Source of the DNA: an uncultured Gammaproteobacteria bacterium | GTDB taxonomy: Bacteria > Patescibacteriota > Microgenomatia > Levybacterales > UBA12049 | Assembly (NCBI GenBank): GCA_964564035.1 | Contig: CAZLZN010000005.1 | Coordinates: 1,504 to 65,503 of the forward strand | Reading direction: 5' to 3' | Length of the DNA stretch: 64,000 nt | In this document: one piece after another, positions 37,205 through 45,565 of the stretch | Layout of the letters: each line of letters starts with the position of its first letter | Numbering within the stretch: the stretch's first letter is position 1 | Program-made: the position numbers and the translations under genes | The notes under the pieces: generated by a model | What the model was told of the DNA's origin: nothing | The model's database searches: none | What the model saw: only the letters and a program-made list of their open reading frames with translations

Positions 37205-38230
37205 ATGAAAATTGTTTTCCCGCCAAATCTGAATAAAATATATATACCAAATCTTGAAGCGCCGGTATTGCTGGAGTATTTTTTGATTTCCGCTTTTTCC
37301 TCATTACTTATAATAAGATTTTATTTAACCGTTACCGGTTTTCCGCAAATCGGCGCAGGAGGATTGCATATAGCGCATATGTTATGGGGAGGACTGCTAA
37401 TGCTTACATCAATTGGTCTATTATTAAGTTTTATAAACTCAGAAATAAAAATAACAGCATCAGTTATAGGGGGCATTGGATTCGGTGCATTTATTGACGA
37501 ATTGGGCAAATTTATTACAAGTGACAATAATTATTTTTACCAGCCGACAATCGCCATAATTTATGTTATCTTTATTTTCCTATATTTTGTGGTTAGGCAT
37601 TTTTCCAGCAGAACAACATATTCTAAAAAAGTATACACTGTAAACGCTATAGAAAGCATAAAAGAAATCATCATTGATGATTTAAATTTTGATGAAAAAG
37701 AGAAAGCTGTTTCCTATTTAGAAAAAGCAGATAAACGAAGCGAACTAATAAAAGCATTAAGAAAAGCATTACATAAAGCGGATACAAAAAAGAAAAAGTT
37801 TTCCTTATATAGTTATGTAAAAATAATATTTTTATCATGGTATTTTCAAGCATTGAATGTAAAACTTTTTGCCAAAATAATTGTAGGCATATTCATAATT
37901 TTTACGGCCATATCATTTATATTTTCCTTAATTGCCCTCCCCTATTCATTTTACGCAAAAACCTCAATTACTGATTATGGGCATATAGCGTCGACGATAA
38001 TATCTGGAATATTCACGCTTATCGGAGCAGTATACTTTTTTAAAAAAATATATATCAAATCATACAACGCGCTTTTAAAAGCAACAGTTGTTTCAATACT
38101 TCTTTCGCAGTTTTTCCTTTTTTTACGAAACGAATTTGTAGCACTTATTAATCTAATTTTTTTTCTGACAGTATATACAGTTTTAAAATTTACTATAAAA
38201 GCTGAGAAAAAAAGACTTGCTATAGAATAA
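37205..38230 (+). CDS. Polytopic membrane protein, hypothetical
   Basis: 341-aa ORF with multiple hydrophobic helices and a central charged region. Confidence 0.5.
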   Translation: MKIVFPPNLNKIYIPNLEAPVLLEYFLISAFSSLLIIRFYLTVTGFPQIGAGGLHIAHMLWGGLLMLTSIGLLLSFINSEIKITASVIGGIGFGAFIDELGKFITSDNNYFYQPTIAIIYVIFIFLYFVVRHFSSRTTYSKKVYTVNAIESIKEIIIDDLNFDEKEKAVSYLEKADKRSELIKALRKALHKADTKKKKFSLYSYVKIIFLSWYFQALNVKLFAKIIVGIFIIFTAISFIFSLIALPYSFYAKTSITDYGHIASTIISGIFTLIGAVYFFKKIYIKSYNALLKATVVSILLSQFFLFLRNEFVALINLIFFLTVYTVLKFTIKAEKKRLAIE

Positions 38231-38374
38231 AATTGCCCTCACGGCGCTTTTTACCTGGTTTGATCTTAAGCATGCGACTTGCCTCGGCTATTAACCTCTT
38301 AATACCTTAAAAACAAGATAAATGTATTCAAGGAATTCATCATTCTTAAGAAAAAGCTCGATTTCAAACTCGAA

Positions 38375-39091
38375 CTATGTTTGAATAGATGTTATTTTTG
38401 CCCTGCCGATGTGGACATAATCACCATAACCCGGCGGAGTATTATCGGGCCAAGTCTTAATAGTCTTTACTTCATCCAGATATTTCTCAAGTATCGGTAA
38501 GCGTTTTTCAAACGATGGTTTAAACTCATGCATAAGAACGTCGTTGTGAAGAATATCAACTGTCCATTCGGTTACACGGTCGGTACCTCCATTTTCGATG
38601 GTGGCGCGAATATATTCATATCCGAGTTTTGCCGCCGCTAATCTTCTATCTCTTTCACTGGAGTAATTATCAATATAGCTGTCGGAAATAATAACCAGTC
38701 CATTTGGTTTTGTCATAGATGCGATATTCGCAATTGCATGTTCTTGTAGTTCATAAGGAATGTGGTGAACAGATCCGGTGCAAACTACAGCATCAAATTT
38801 ATCCTTAGGCTGCCAAGATAGCACGTCTCCTCTTTCAAAAATTATTCCGCTTTGGTTTCGAAGTCCATGCGAAACATAGCGCTCATCAATATCAACTCCA
38901 TATAGTTTAAGATCCGGCCGCCGTTCCTTGATTTTGCCAAGCAGATATCCGGGACCGCTCATGACATCAATTAGTTTCGCGCCCGGCGCAGCACTGTCGC
39001 TGATGTGAGTGATCACAGTTTGCAGCGATTTTTTATAAGGCCAATATTCAAGCCCCTCTTCATATGTCTCAGGCGCTGGTAGTTCTTTCAT
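38375..39091 (-). CDS. Class I SAM-dependent methyltransferase
   Basis: Motif I-like LIDVMSGPGYL, then LYGVDIDERYV, FDAVVCTGSVHHIP and KPNGLVIISD. Confidence 0.8.
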   Translation of the reverse strand: MKELPAPETYEEGLEYWPYKKSLQTVITHISDSAAPGAKLIDVMSGPGYLLGKIKERRPDLKLYGVDIDERYVSHGLRNQSGIIFERGDVLSWQPKDKFDAVVCTGSVHHIPYELQEHAIANIASMTKPNGLVIISDSYIDNYSSERDRRLAAAKLGYEYIRATIENGGTDRVTEWTVDILHNDVLMHEFKPSFEKRLPILEKYLDEVKTIKTWPDNTPPGYGDYVHIGRAKITSIQT

Positions 39092-39191
39092 ATGCCAAAT
39101 TTATTATTATAAAGACATACATTATATCACCTCTGGAAGATTAGCCTTGCACGGTATTGCATATTATAGCGTCTTATAGTATAATTATTAA

Positions 39192-40178
39192 ATGGAAAAT
39201 GGCAGTCGAATAAATTTTAGATTAGAGTGTCCTGAGGATTTTCTTGATTCTCAATACCGAAGCAGAATTGCATTTTTAAATGATATGAGTCCTTCGTTCG
39301 TAGAGTCTGGGGAAGTACGTTTTCTTGCCCATGCTCATAGGCATTTTAGTGCGACCGAACCTAATCTGTTCAGGAAATATATTGGTGAAGATACACCGGA
39401 AAATGAACAAATGATACATCAGTTTGGTTTGCTGTCCGAAGGTTTATCCCGCAAGGACTCAGAATTATTAACATACGGATTACATGGGGCAAGTTATTTA
39501 CTGGGGTTATACAAATATTCTGCCGGCCTGGGCGAAGATCATAGTCCAAAAAAATCTCTCCTGGCAGGAGCCATGACCACTGCGACTATAAATGAATATA
39601 CAGCAATTACAGATCATGTTTTTCCCGGTTCCGAACATCATGTTCTTGACATTGACACTCGAAGTATCAGGCAGGTATGTAAAAGCGGTGCGGCCAGATT
39701 GACAGAAGGAGATTGTTTTCAAATGCCATATATAGATTCAAGTTTTGATATTGTTCAGTCTGATCATCTGATAAGTTATATATCTGATTCATCTCGAAAT
39801 AAAAGTTATGATGAAATATGTTCATCTTATTTTAAAAATGCAAATAGAGTACTAAAGCCTGGGGGAGCTTTAATAATGGTTGACAGGATAATGCCCGATA
39901 AATATTTACTCGAATATGAGATGGAATTAATTGAAGATGCTATTATGCATAATAAAGTAAGCAGAGGTGTTGCAAAAGTAACGAATGATTATCTGGATTG
40001 GTTTAAAGGTCGATTGGCGGGCGCCGGTTTTGAACAGGTTCAGTTCAGGCCCGGTTATATATTTCGATCAAGAAGAGACTTAGACCGTGCAATAATGCTG
40101 GGAAATACCTGGGATATAAATTCAAAAAATACACTCCAGACGGGGAATACATTTTTAACCCTGGCGAGGAAGATATAA
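39192..40178 (+). CDS. Methyltransferase-like protein with an unknown N-terminal domain and a degenerate motif I
   Basis: HVLDIDTRS lacks the GxG signature. FDIVQSDHLISYI and LKPGGALIMVD follow. A TATAAT lies 6 nt upstream of the ATG. Confidence 0.5.
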   Translation: MENGSRINFRLECPEDFLDSQYRSRIAFLNDMSPSFVESGEVRFLAHAHRHFSATEPNLFRKYIGEDTPENEQMIHQFGLLSEGLSRKDSELLTYGLHGASYLLGLYKYSAGLGEDHSPKKSLLAGAMTTATINEYTAITDHVFPGSEHHVLDIDTRSIRQVCKSGAARLTEGDCFQMPYIDSSFDIVQSDHLISYISDSSRNKSYDEICSSYFKNANRVLKPGGALIMVDRIMPDKYLLEYEMELIEDAIMHNKVSRGVAKVTNDYLDWFKGRLAGAGFEQVQFRPGYIFRSRRDLDRAIMLGNTWDINSKNTLQTGNTFLTLARKI

Positions 40179-40359
40179 ACTATTTAATACCTGTATAACT
40201 TCTCCTCCCGGGCGTGAAATCATTCTCGCATCCCCGCTCTCATACTATATGAATATCATAATTAAATACTTTTGCTAGATGCAGCGCTCAAGGCATTCTT
40301 GTATAAGCTCGAATGAGGTGATCATCTGGCGCCCCCGCCTTATCCGGCTCTTCTATTTT

Positions 40360-41352
40360 TTATAATTCAGGATTTTGGTCAGGATTGCCCAGAGCCTTTT
40401 GACAATCGATAACTGAATTTCTTAACTCACTTATCGATCTCGCTTCCATAATTACCTCCCTATATTTCCCCGCATCCGGAAAATTATTGATATAAATTTT
40501 GCAAAATTTTTTCAGGTTCGCGAAATTCTTATCTTTCCCCCAGGTTTTTTCAAACAGATCTATTTGCTCCAAATAAGTATCAATGCGTTCTTTGACACCG
40601 ATAATTTCTACCTTAAGTTCTCTATTAAAAATCCACGGGTTAGCAAAAATTCCTCGCCCTACCATAAAACCATCACATTTATATTTATTATATTTTTCCT
40701 CAATTTCGCTCCGCGATAAAATATCCCCATTTCCGACTATAAAAGTATGCGGCGCGATACTGTCTCTTAATTTAATTATTTCAGGCATTACTTCCCAGTG
40801 CGCCGGAACTTTCGATTTTTCAGCGACTGTTCGGAGGTGTATGCTTAGCGCGGCAATATCCTGCTCCAGCAAAAACCCCAGCCATTCACCTATCGTTTCT
40901 TTTTCAAATCCTATTCTTGTCTTAACACTGACAGGGAGTCCTTCCGAGCCCGACTTAACAGCTCTGATTATCTCACCGGCTAGTTTCATATTCTTTATCA
41001 GTTTCCCGCAACTGCCAATTTTGAGGACCGCACGGTCCGGACAGCCCATATTTATGTCTATTCCAGCAAATCCCAATTTTTTGATAAGCTTTGCTGATTT
41101 ATAATAATTTTCAGGATTAATTCCCCATATTTGCGCGACAATCGGATGTTCATTGACGTTGAATTTCAGGCTTGCCACGAGAGGCCCACGTCCGGCCGAT
41201 TGCAACCCCTCAACTGACGTAAATTCGGTAAAAAGCACATCCGGTTTGCCGATTTTTGTAATTATTTGTCTGAAAACAAAATCCGTCACCCCATCCATGG
41301 GAGCAAGCGCTGTAAATGGTTTCGGAAGTTCTTCCCAAAAAGATCTATTCAT
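40360..41352 (-). CDS. dus: tRNA-dihydrouridine synthase
   Basis: ALAPMDGVTDFVFRQI and GIDINMGCP. The start is taken at MNRSFWEEL (41352). The 38 upstream codons of the track ORF are read through a hairpin repeat. Confidence 0.85.
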   Translation of the reverse strand: MNRSFWEELPKPFTALAPMDGVTDFVFRQIITKIGKPDVLFTEFTSVEGLQSAGRGPLVASLKFNVNEHPIVAQIWGINPENYYKSAKLIKKLGFAGIDINMGCPDRAVLKIGSCGKLIKNMKLAGEIIRAVKSGSEGLPVSVKTRIGFEKETIGEWLGFLLEQDIAALSIHLRTVAEKSKVPAHWEVMPEIIKLRDSIAPHTFIVGNGDILSRSEIEEKYNKYKCDGFMVGRGIFANPWIFNRELKVEIIGVKERIDTYLEQIDLFEKTWGKDKNFANLKKFCKIYINNFPDAGKYREVIMEARSISELRNSVIDCQKALGNPDQNPEL

Positions 41353-41388
41353 GCCTCGATTATAACAAATACGACTAATGCATTTTTT

Positions 41389-41444
41389 GTCATCCTGAAC
41401 TTGTTTCAGGATCTTTTGAGATGCTGAAATGAATTCAGCATGAC
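41389..41444. repeat. Twin-hairpin element
   Basis: ATCCTGAA-cttgt-TTCAGGAT (41392-41412) and ATGCTGAA-atgaa-TTCAGCAT (41421-41441), bracketed by GTCAT...ATGAC. Confidence 0.7.
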
Positions 41445-41517
41445 ACTTTTTGCGTAACTCGTACAAATACGCTATTCCTCACGCCTTGAAAAATTCTAAT
41501 TATCTTAGATACGCGGT

Positions 41518-42171
41518 TCAATTCTTTTCAATATATTCGATTATTTTGGGGAAAGATTTTGTAAAATAATCAACTTCAACCGACTCAAAATCTGATTCTT
41601 TTCTTAGCCCGTTTTCCAGATAGGCTATAAAATGCAGTCCCGCTCCTTTGGCGCTAATCGCATCGCTAAGTGAATCCCCCACATATACAGATTCCCGCGG
41701 ATCAGTTTTAAATTCTGCTAAGATTTTATCAAAAACACGGGGATCAGGTTTCAAAAAATCCGAATTGTCGGCGTGATAAATCTTTTCAATATACTTATTC
41801 ACGTGGTGCTCCTCATTAAGCAAATGCTCAGCTTCCTGAAGTAATCTCGACGTTAAAATCGCCATTCTCAGCCCGTCTCTTTTTAGCGTCTTGAGAGTTT
41901 GGATTTTTTCATCAGTTATATGGTCAACCACTTTGTCTTTTACCAAATCAGGCATAAGTTCTTGATGTAGTCTCATAAATTCATCAGGATCAATGCCCGG
42001 TATTCTCTCCAGGATGGCCTTTTTAACCGGCTGTCCCCAATTTTTCTGGTGCGCTCTCCGGCTCATCGGCGCAAATCCCATTTTCTCGGCAATCTGATTT
42101 TCAACCCTGAAAAAAATCTCCTCCGTCATCGACAACGTATCATCAAAATCAAAAATTACAAGTTTTATCAT
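41518..42171 (-). CDS. HAD-superfamily hydrolase (phosphatase)
   Basis: Motif I VIFDFDDTL, motif II LTSR and motif IV YVGDSLSDAISAKGAGL. Confidence 0.85.
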   Translation of the reverse strand: MIKLVIFDFDDTLSMTEEIFFRVENQIAEKMGFAPMSRRAHQKNWGQPVKKAILERIPGIDPDEFMRLHQELMPDLVKDKVVDHITDEKIQTLKTLKRDGLRMAILTSRLLQEAEHLLNEEHHVNKYIEKIYHADNSDFLKPDPRVFDKILAEFKTDPRESVYVGDSLSDAISAKGAGLHFIAYLENGLRKESDFESVEVDYFTKSFPKIIEYIEKN

Positions 42172-42254
42172 AGCTTACATCTCCTATTATACCAATTAAT
42201 CGGTATTTTACTGCTTACAATTTAAGGATGATTTAGCTAGGCTTATAGGGTAAA

Positions 42255-42746
42255 TTAATAGTTTTCTACTGCCCCTTTTTTAACAGGTTTTGTCCTGCGG
42301 AGTAAAATTTCTTCCAAATATCTCGCTCTAACATTATCCTGTAAGTTGTCTTTGATTTCTATGCCCGCTTTACTAGCATCTTTAGCCCTGTCAATAATAG
42401 TCGCATAAGTTCGCAACGCGTACATTGTAGGCAAAAGCGATGATCCGTAAGATCCGGAAACAAACTGCTCGCGATAGCCTGGAAGCTTTAGTATAGTTTC
42501 TCGATAGCTGATCGCTCCATGCCCGTTATTAGTATGGTAAACTATTTCAATCGCTTGATACCCAGTCTGATGCCGTCCTGCATGAGTGCGGTTTTCTTCA
42601 GATCGGTCCGGTTTAAAAGATTCACTTACGCCGACTGATATGGTCTTCGCGCCAATTTTTTTCGCATCAGCTAAGAAGCTATCATAAGAAGTTCCTTCTG
42701 GATATTCATGGTTTAATCTTATTGAATGCAATTCTTTTGCTCTCAT
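42255..42746 (-). CDS. Hypothetical protein (163 aa)
   Basis: Intact ORF with no motif recognised. Confidence 0.45.
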   Translation of the reverse strand: MRAKELHSIRLNHEYPEGTSYDSFLADAKKIGAKTISVGVSESFKPDRSEENRTHAGRHQTGYQAIEIVYHTNNGHGAISYRETILKLPGYREQFVSGSYGSSLLPTMYALRTYATIIDRAKDASKAGIEIKDNLQDNVRARYLEEILLRRTKPVKKGAVENY

Positions 42747-43000
42747 AAAGAAAAATTATATCATGAATCTAGCAAAATACAATTGCTAGAGATTTAAGTA
42801 GCTTAATTGATGCGCGTTCCGGGGTTAAATCTTAATGAGCATGTTAGAGAATACTTATTGTTTTTGAAAATATAACTACGATCTTCTTTCTTCCCGAGTG
42901 CATGCTATGGTGAGTTCGATAAATTTAAATGTTACTATTAATTACACTTCAAAAAAGACATAAAGCTCGCTACGAGGAATCTTACTTATTTAATTATAGC

Positions 43001-43026
43001 TAAAAAGCCCGTCCCGCAAGACGGGA
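43001..43026 (-). terminator. Intrinsic terminator closing the tRNA-Gln transcription unit
   Basis: On the minus strand, CCCGTC-ttgcgg-GACGGG is followed by CTTTTT. Confidence 0.65.
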
Positions 43027-43058
43027 TAAAAATTGTGCTACTATACCTCGCTTGCAGG

Positions 43059-43245
43059 GCATTAGCCGAATTTTGTATCTACGGCTGGGAAGCTTGGATT
43101 CGAAGGATGTCAAACGTCCCGGGTCTGAACCTGCCTGCCGGCAAACAAACTTGTCTCCGCCAATGGCGGACAGGCAAAGTCCGTTTTCTCATTACCGGAG
43201 GCGAGACTGCGCCCTCGGCGCTGGCTACCATTATACGACTAATGC
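43059..43245 (-). other. GC-rich structured element derived from a tRNA-Gln copy (candidate ncRNA or decayed, insert-laden tRNA)
   Basis: It contains three ordered blocks near-identical to the adjacent tRNA-Gln: the D arm, the 5-prime half of the anticodon arm, and the T loop with 3-prime acceptor. Two GC-rich inserts separate them. The element is closed by GCATTAG/CTAATGC. Confidence 0.35.
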
Positions 43246-43249
43246 ATAC

Positions 43250-43322
43250 GGCTGGGAAGCCTGGATTCGAACCAGAATAAACGGATCCAAAGTCCGTTGT
43301 CCTACCATTAGACGACTTCCCA
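43250..43322 (-). tRNA. tRNA-Gln (anticodon UUG)
   Basis: Manual cloverleaf: TGGGAAG TC GTCT AATGGTA GGAC A ACGGA CTTTGGA TCCGT TTAT TCTGG TTCGAAT CCAGG CTTCCCA G CC. The U1-A72/G73 end resembles other bacterial tRNA-Gln. Confidence 0.85.
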
Positions 43323-43486
43323 GCCCTATGCACAATTTAAATGCTTAAATATTAAACCAATAATTAAATATTAAAAATACGTAACCGAACGAAAAAAACT
43401 TTAAACCTGAAAATATGAAATCACACCTGCCTTATTTTACTAAAATTGAAGCCAAATTCCAATAAGAGGAAAAACGAAGAAAAAAA

Positions 43487-44269
43487 TTACAGATCAAAAA
43501 AATCCCTGTACATCCTCACAAGCTCTCTCACAATCGCCCTCCCGTCACGCCTCGCTCCGTTCAGCATCTGATCCGCGCTTCTGACCTCGGCCCGCGCGTT
43601 CTCTAACGCAGTATCATCCGCCGCCTCATTTACCGGCCTCAAATTAAGCAAAGTGTTCTCAACAGCATTTATCCTGTTTCTGGCATCATCTATTTTTGCC
43701 CTCATATCCCGAAGCGTAGCCTCAAAACCCGTCACATTCTGTCCGCGTGCACGCGCCTCATTTATTGCCCTGTCAATGCGTTCCGCGCCCGTCTCAAGTT
43801 CCCTGATTTCCTCGCGAAGCTCATTTATATTTTCGAGCTGTCTGACAACACCGCTATACAAATCCTTTGCGTTCTCCTCGATATCATCTATTCTGTCCTC
43901 CAGCTCTTCAATTGTCGCCAGATCTCCCGCTCCCCTGATATCTCCCTCCAGAGCTCTGATTCTCGCGCTTTCGGCCTGAATATTTGCAATAAGTCTCCTT
44001 TTTTGCTCATCCGTCAGATCGGGATTGGTTGATATTTTATTAATAAGACTATTTAGATTAGTTTGGGTTTTGTTAATCCTTAAAAGCGCCCTTTGACGTC
44101 TGTCTTCAAGTCTTCGGCGTTCGCGGTCGACTTGGCGCTGTTCTGAGGAGATTGTCGGCGTTACCGATCTGGCCGGTGTAGGATTTGGTGTCGCTGTCTG
44201 TCCCGATACCGGAACTACAGATATATAAAATACAAATAATACTGACGCGATAATGTAGAAAATTTTCAT
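43487..44269 (-). CDS. Secreted coiled-coil protein, hypothetical
   Basis: Signal peptide MKIFYIIASVLFVFYISVVPVSG, then about 200 aa of heptad-rich R/E/L sequence. Confidence 0.5.
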   Translation of the reverse strand: MKIFYIIASVLFVFYISVVPVSGQTATPNPTPARSVTPTISSEQRQVDRERRRLEDRRQRALLRINKTQTNLNSLINKISTNPDLTDEQKRRLIANIQAESARIRALEGDIRGAGDLATIEELEDRIDDIEENAKDLYSGVVRQLENINELREEIRELETGAERIDRAINEARARGQNVTGFEATLRDMRAKIDDARNRINAVENTLLNLRPVNEAADDTALENARAEVRSADQMLNGARRDGRAIVRELVRMYRDFFDL

Positions 44270-44361
44270 ATAAATATTTAAACCGGGGCAGAAAAATGAT
44301 GAGCTAATATATAAATATAAATTTAAAATATAATATAACGAATGAAGCTTATTGTCAAGTT

Positions 44362-44748
44362 TTAACTTCCCTGAAGCTCCTGGAGATCCTGCTCAACAGG
44401 CTGAAAATCAGTGTCTATTGATTCATCAATATCTACGCTGTTTACTTCCTGTTCTTCAGGAGAGGACGTGACCGGTGTTGTCGGCGAAACCGCGGTATTT
44501 ATGGTGGCTGTCGGACTGATCTGGATATTTGCCTGATTGTTAGCCTGATTAAGAGGCAGACCCAGCAGTTCCTTATTTTGAATTACAAATATTGCTGCCC
44601 CAAATATAATTATCAAACCAATAATCAGAAACAAAAAGAATGGCGGTTTGCTTTTGGGCGCCGGTTGCTGCGATGCCTGTTGAGCTGCAGGGGTATTATC
44701 TGCTGTCTGCGGTGTTGGAATTGGCTGGTTGGGTTGAGTATTTTCCAT
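44362..44748 (-). CDS. Single-pass membrane protein with a Pro/Gln-rich N-terminus, hypothetical
   Basis: Transmembrane helix PFFLFLIIGLIIIFGAAIFVI and low-complexity flanks. The gene lies 2 nt downstream of 44751-45503. Confidence 0.45.
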   Translation of the reverse strand: MENTQPNQPIPTPQTADNTPAAQQASQQPAPKSKPPFFLFLIIGLIIIFGAAIFVIQNKELLGLPLNQANNQANIQISPTATINTAVSPTTPVTSSPEEQEVNSVDIDESIDTDFQPVEQDLQELQGS

Positions 44749-44750
44749 AA

Positions 44751-45503
44751 TTATTCTTTAGTTGCGGCATCTCTCCTCACGCCCGCATATGTTTTTGCAA
44801 CTTCCCTGACACTTTCCCTCGCCTCTTTAACTATTTCGGTAACAGCCTTTAGATCCTCGCGCAGTTTCTTGGTTGTTTCGGAGATTATTTTACCGGCTGT
44901 CTCCTCATCAGTAATCTGAGCCGTATATTCGCGCGCGGCCTGCTCCGCGATCTTGTCGCTGGCATCCGATATCGCCGTCTGAGCTTTATCAATTGCTGTC
45001 TCAATACTTGAAGTATTTACATTTTCCGTTTTCAGTGCCGCCGTCCTGGATGAATATTTATCCAACAGTTCACTAAGCCTCTCAAGAGATTTAGTTAATT
45101 GCTCTGTCCGTCTGTCATTTATCTTTTCCAGCCTCTCATCAACCCTCTGTGCGGCCAGTTTTTTTCTTTCACTTTTAAAAGCCTCCACTTTTGCTTTAAA
45201 TTCTTCTTTATTCCCCTCTACTTCTGTTCTATATTCCTGTTTTTGTACCTGTATCTTATTCCGCAGTTCCTCTACTTTTTGCTTATAAGCTTCTTTTTCA
45301 GCCTCTAATTTCTTTTTCATAGTCTCTGTTTGTTCCTGAAAATCTTTCTTTTTTTCCATCATAAGCTTTTTGGTTTCCTCAGTGTTTTGCGTACCTGTTA
45401 TTGAATTGGATTCTGAAGTCGTTACAGCAGTTTCCGCTGAGGCACTAAAAGGAACCAAAAAGAACGAAAATAATATTGCAGCTGCGATTGCGGTGTTTTT
45501 CAT
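44751..45503 (-). CDS. Secreted Lys/Glu-rich coiled-coil protein, hypothetical
   Basis: Signal peptide MKNTAIAAAILFSFFLVPFSASA, then a long charged helical sequence. Confidence 0.5.
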   Translation of the reverse strand: MKNTAIAAAILFSFFLVPFSASAETAVTTSESNSITGTQNTEETKKLMMEKKKDFQEQTETMKKKLEAEKEAYKQKVEELRNKIQVQKQEYRTEVEGNKEEFKAKVEAFKSERKKLAAQRVDERLEKINDRRTEQLTKSLERLSELLDKYSSRTAALKTENVNTSSIETAIDKAQTAISDASDKIAEQAAREYTAQITDEETAGKIISETTKKLREDLKAVTEIVKEARESVREVAKTYAGVRRDAATKE

Positions 45504-45565
45504 GGCAGTATAAATATTAAAACATTAATCGTACAAAATTGTCAAGCAACGGCTGTATTGTAGCT

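Noticed and set aside
43059-43245. I considered whether the GC-rich element is a known housekeeping RNA (SRP/4.5S, RNase P, tmRNA or 6S) or a group I intron.
   Set aside because: - SRP: there is no domain IV core (GGAA tetraloop with AGCA/GGAA loops).
- RNase P: the AAAGTCCG string on the plus strand is just the complement of the tRNA-like anticodon arm.
- tmRNA: there is no G-U alanine-type acceptor or tag ORF.
- Group I intron: the element is too short, and the flanking exons do not rebuild a tRNA.
- 6S: a rod-like fold is only partly supported by hand pairing.

These judgements were made by eye, so a covariance-model search is still needed.
43035-43348. Three overlapping track ORFs: 43035-43280 (+), 43052-43348 (+) and 43079-43333 (-).
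   Set aside because: They lie entirely over the tRNA-Gln gene and the GC-rich tRNA-derived element. Their open frames follow from the locally high GC content rather than from coding.
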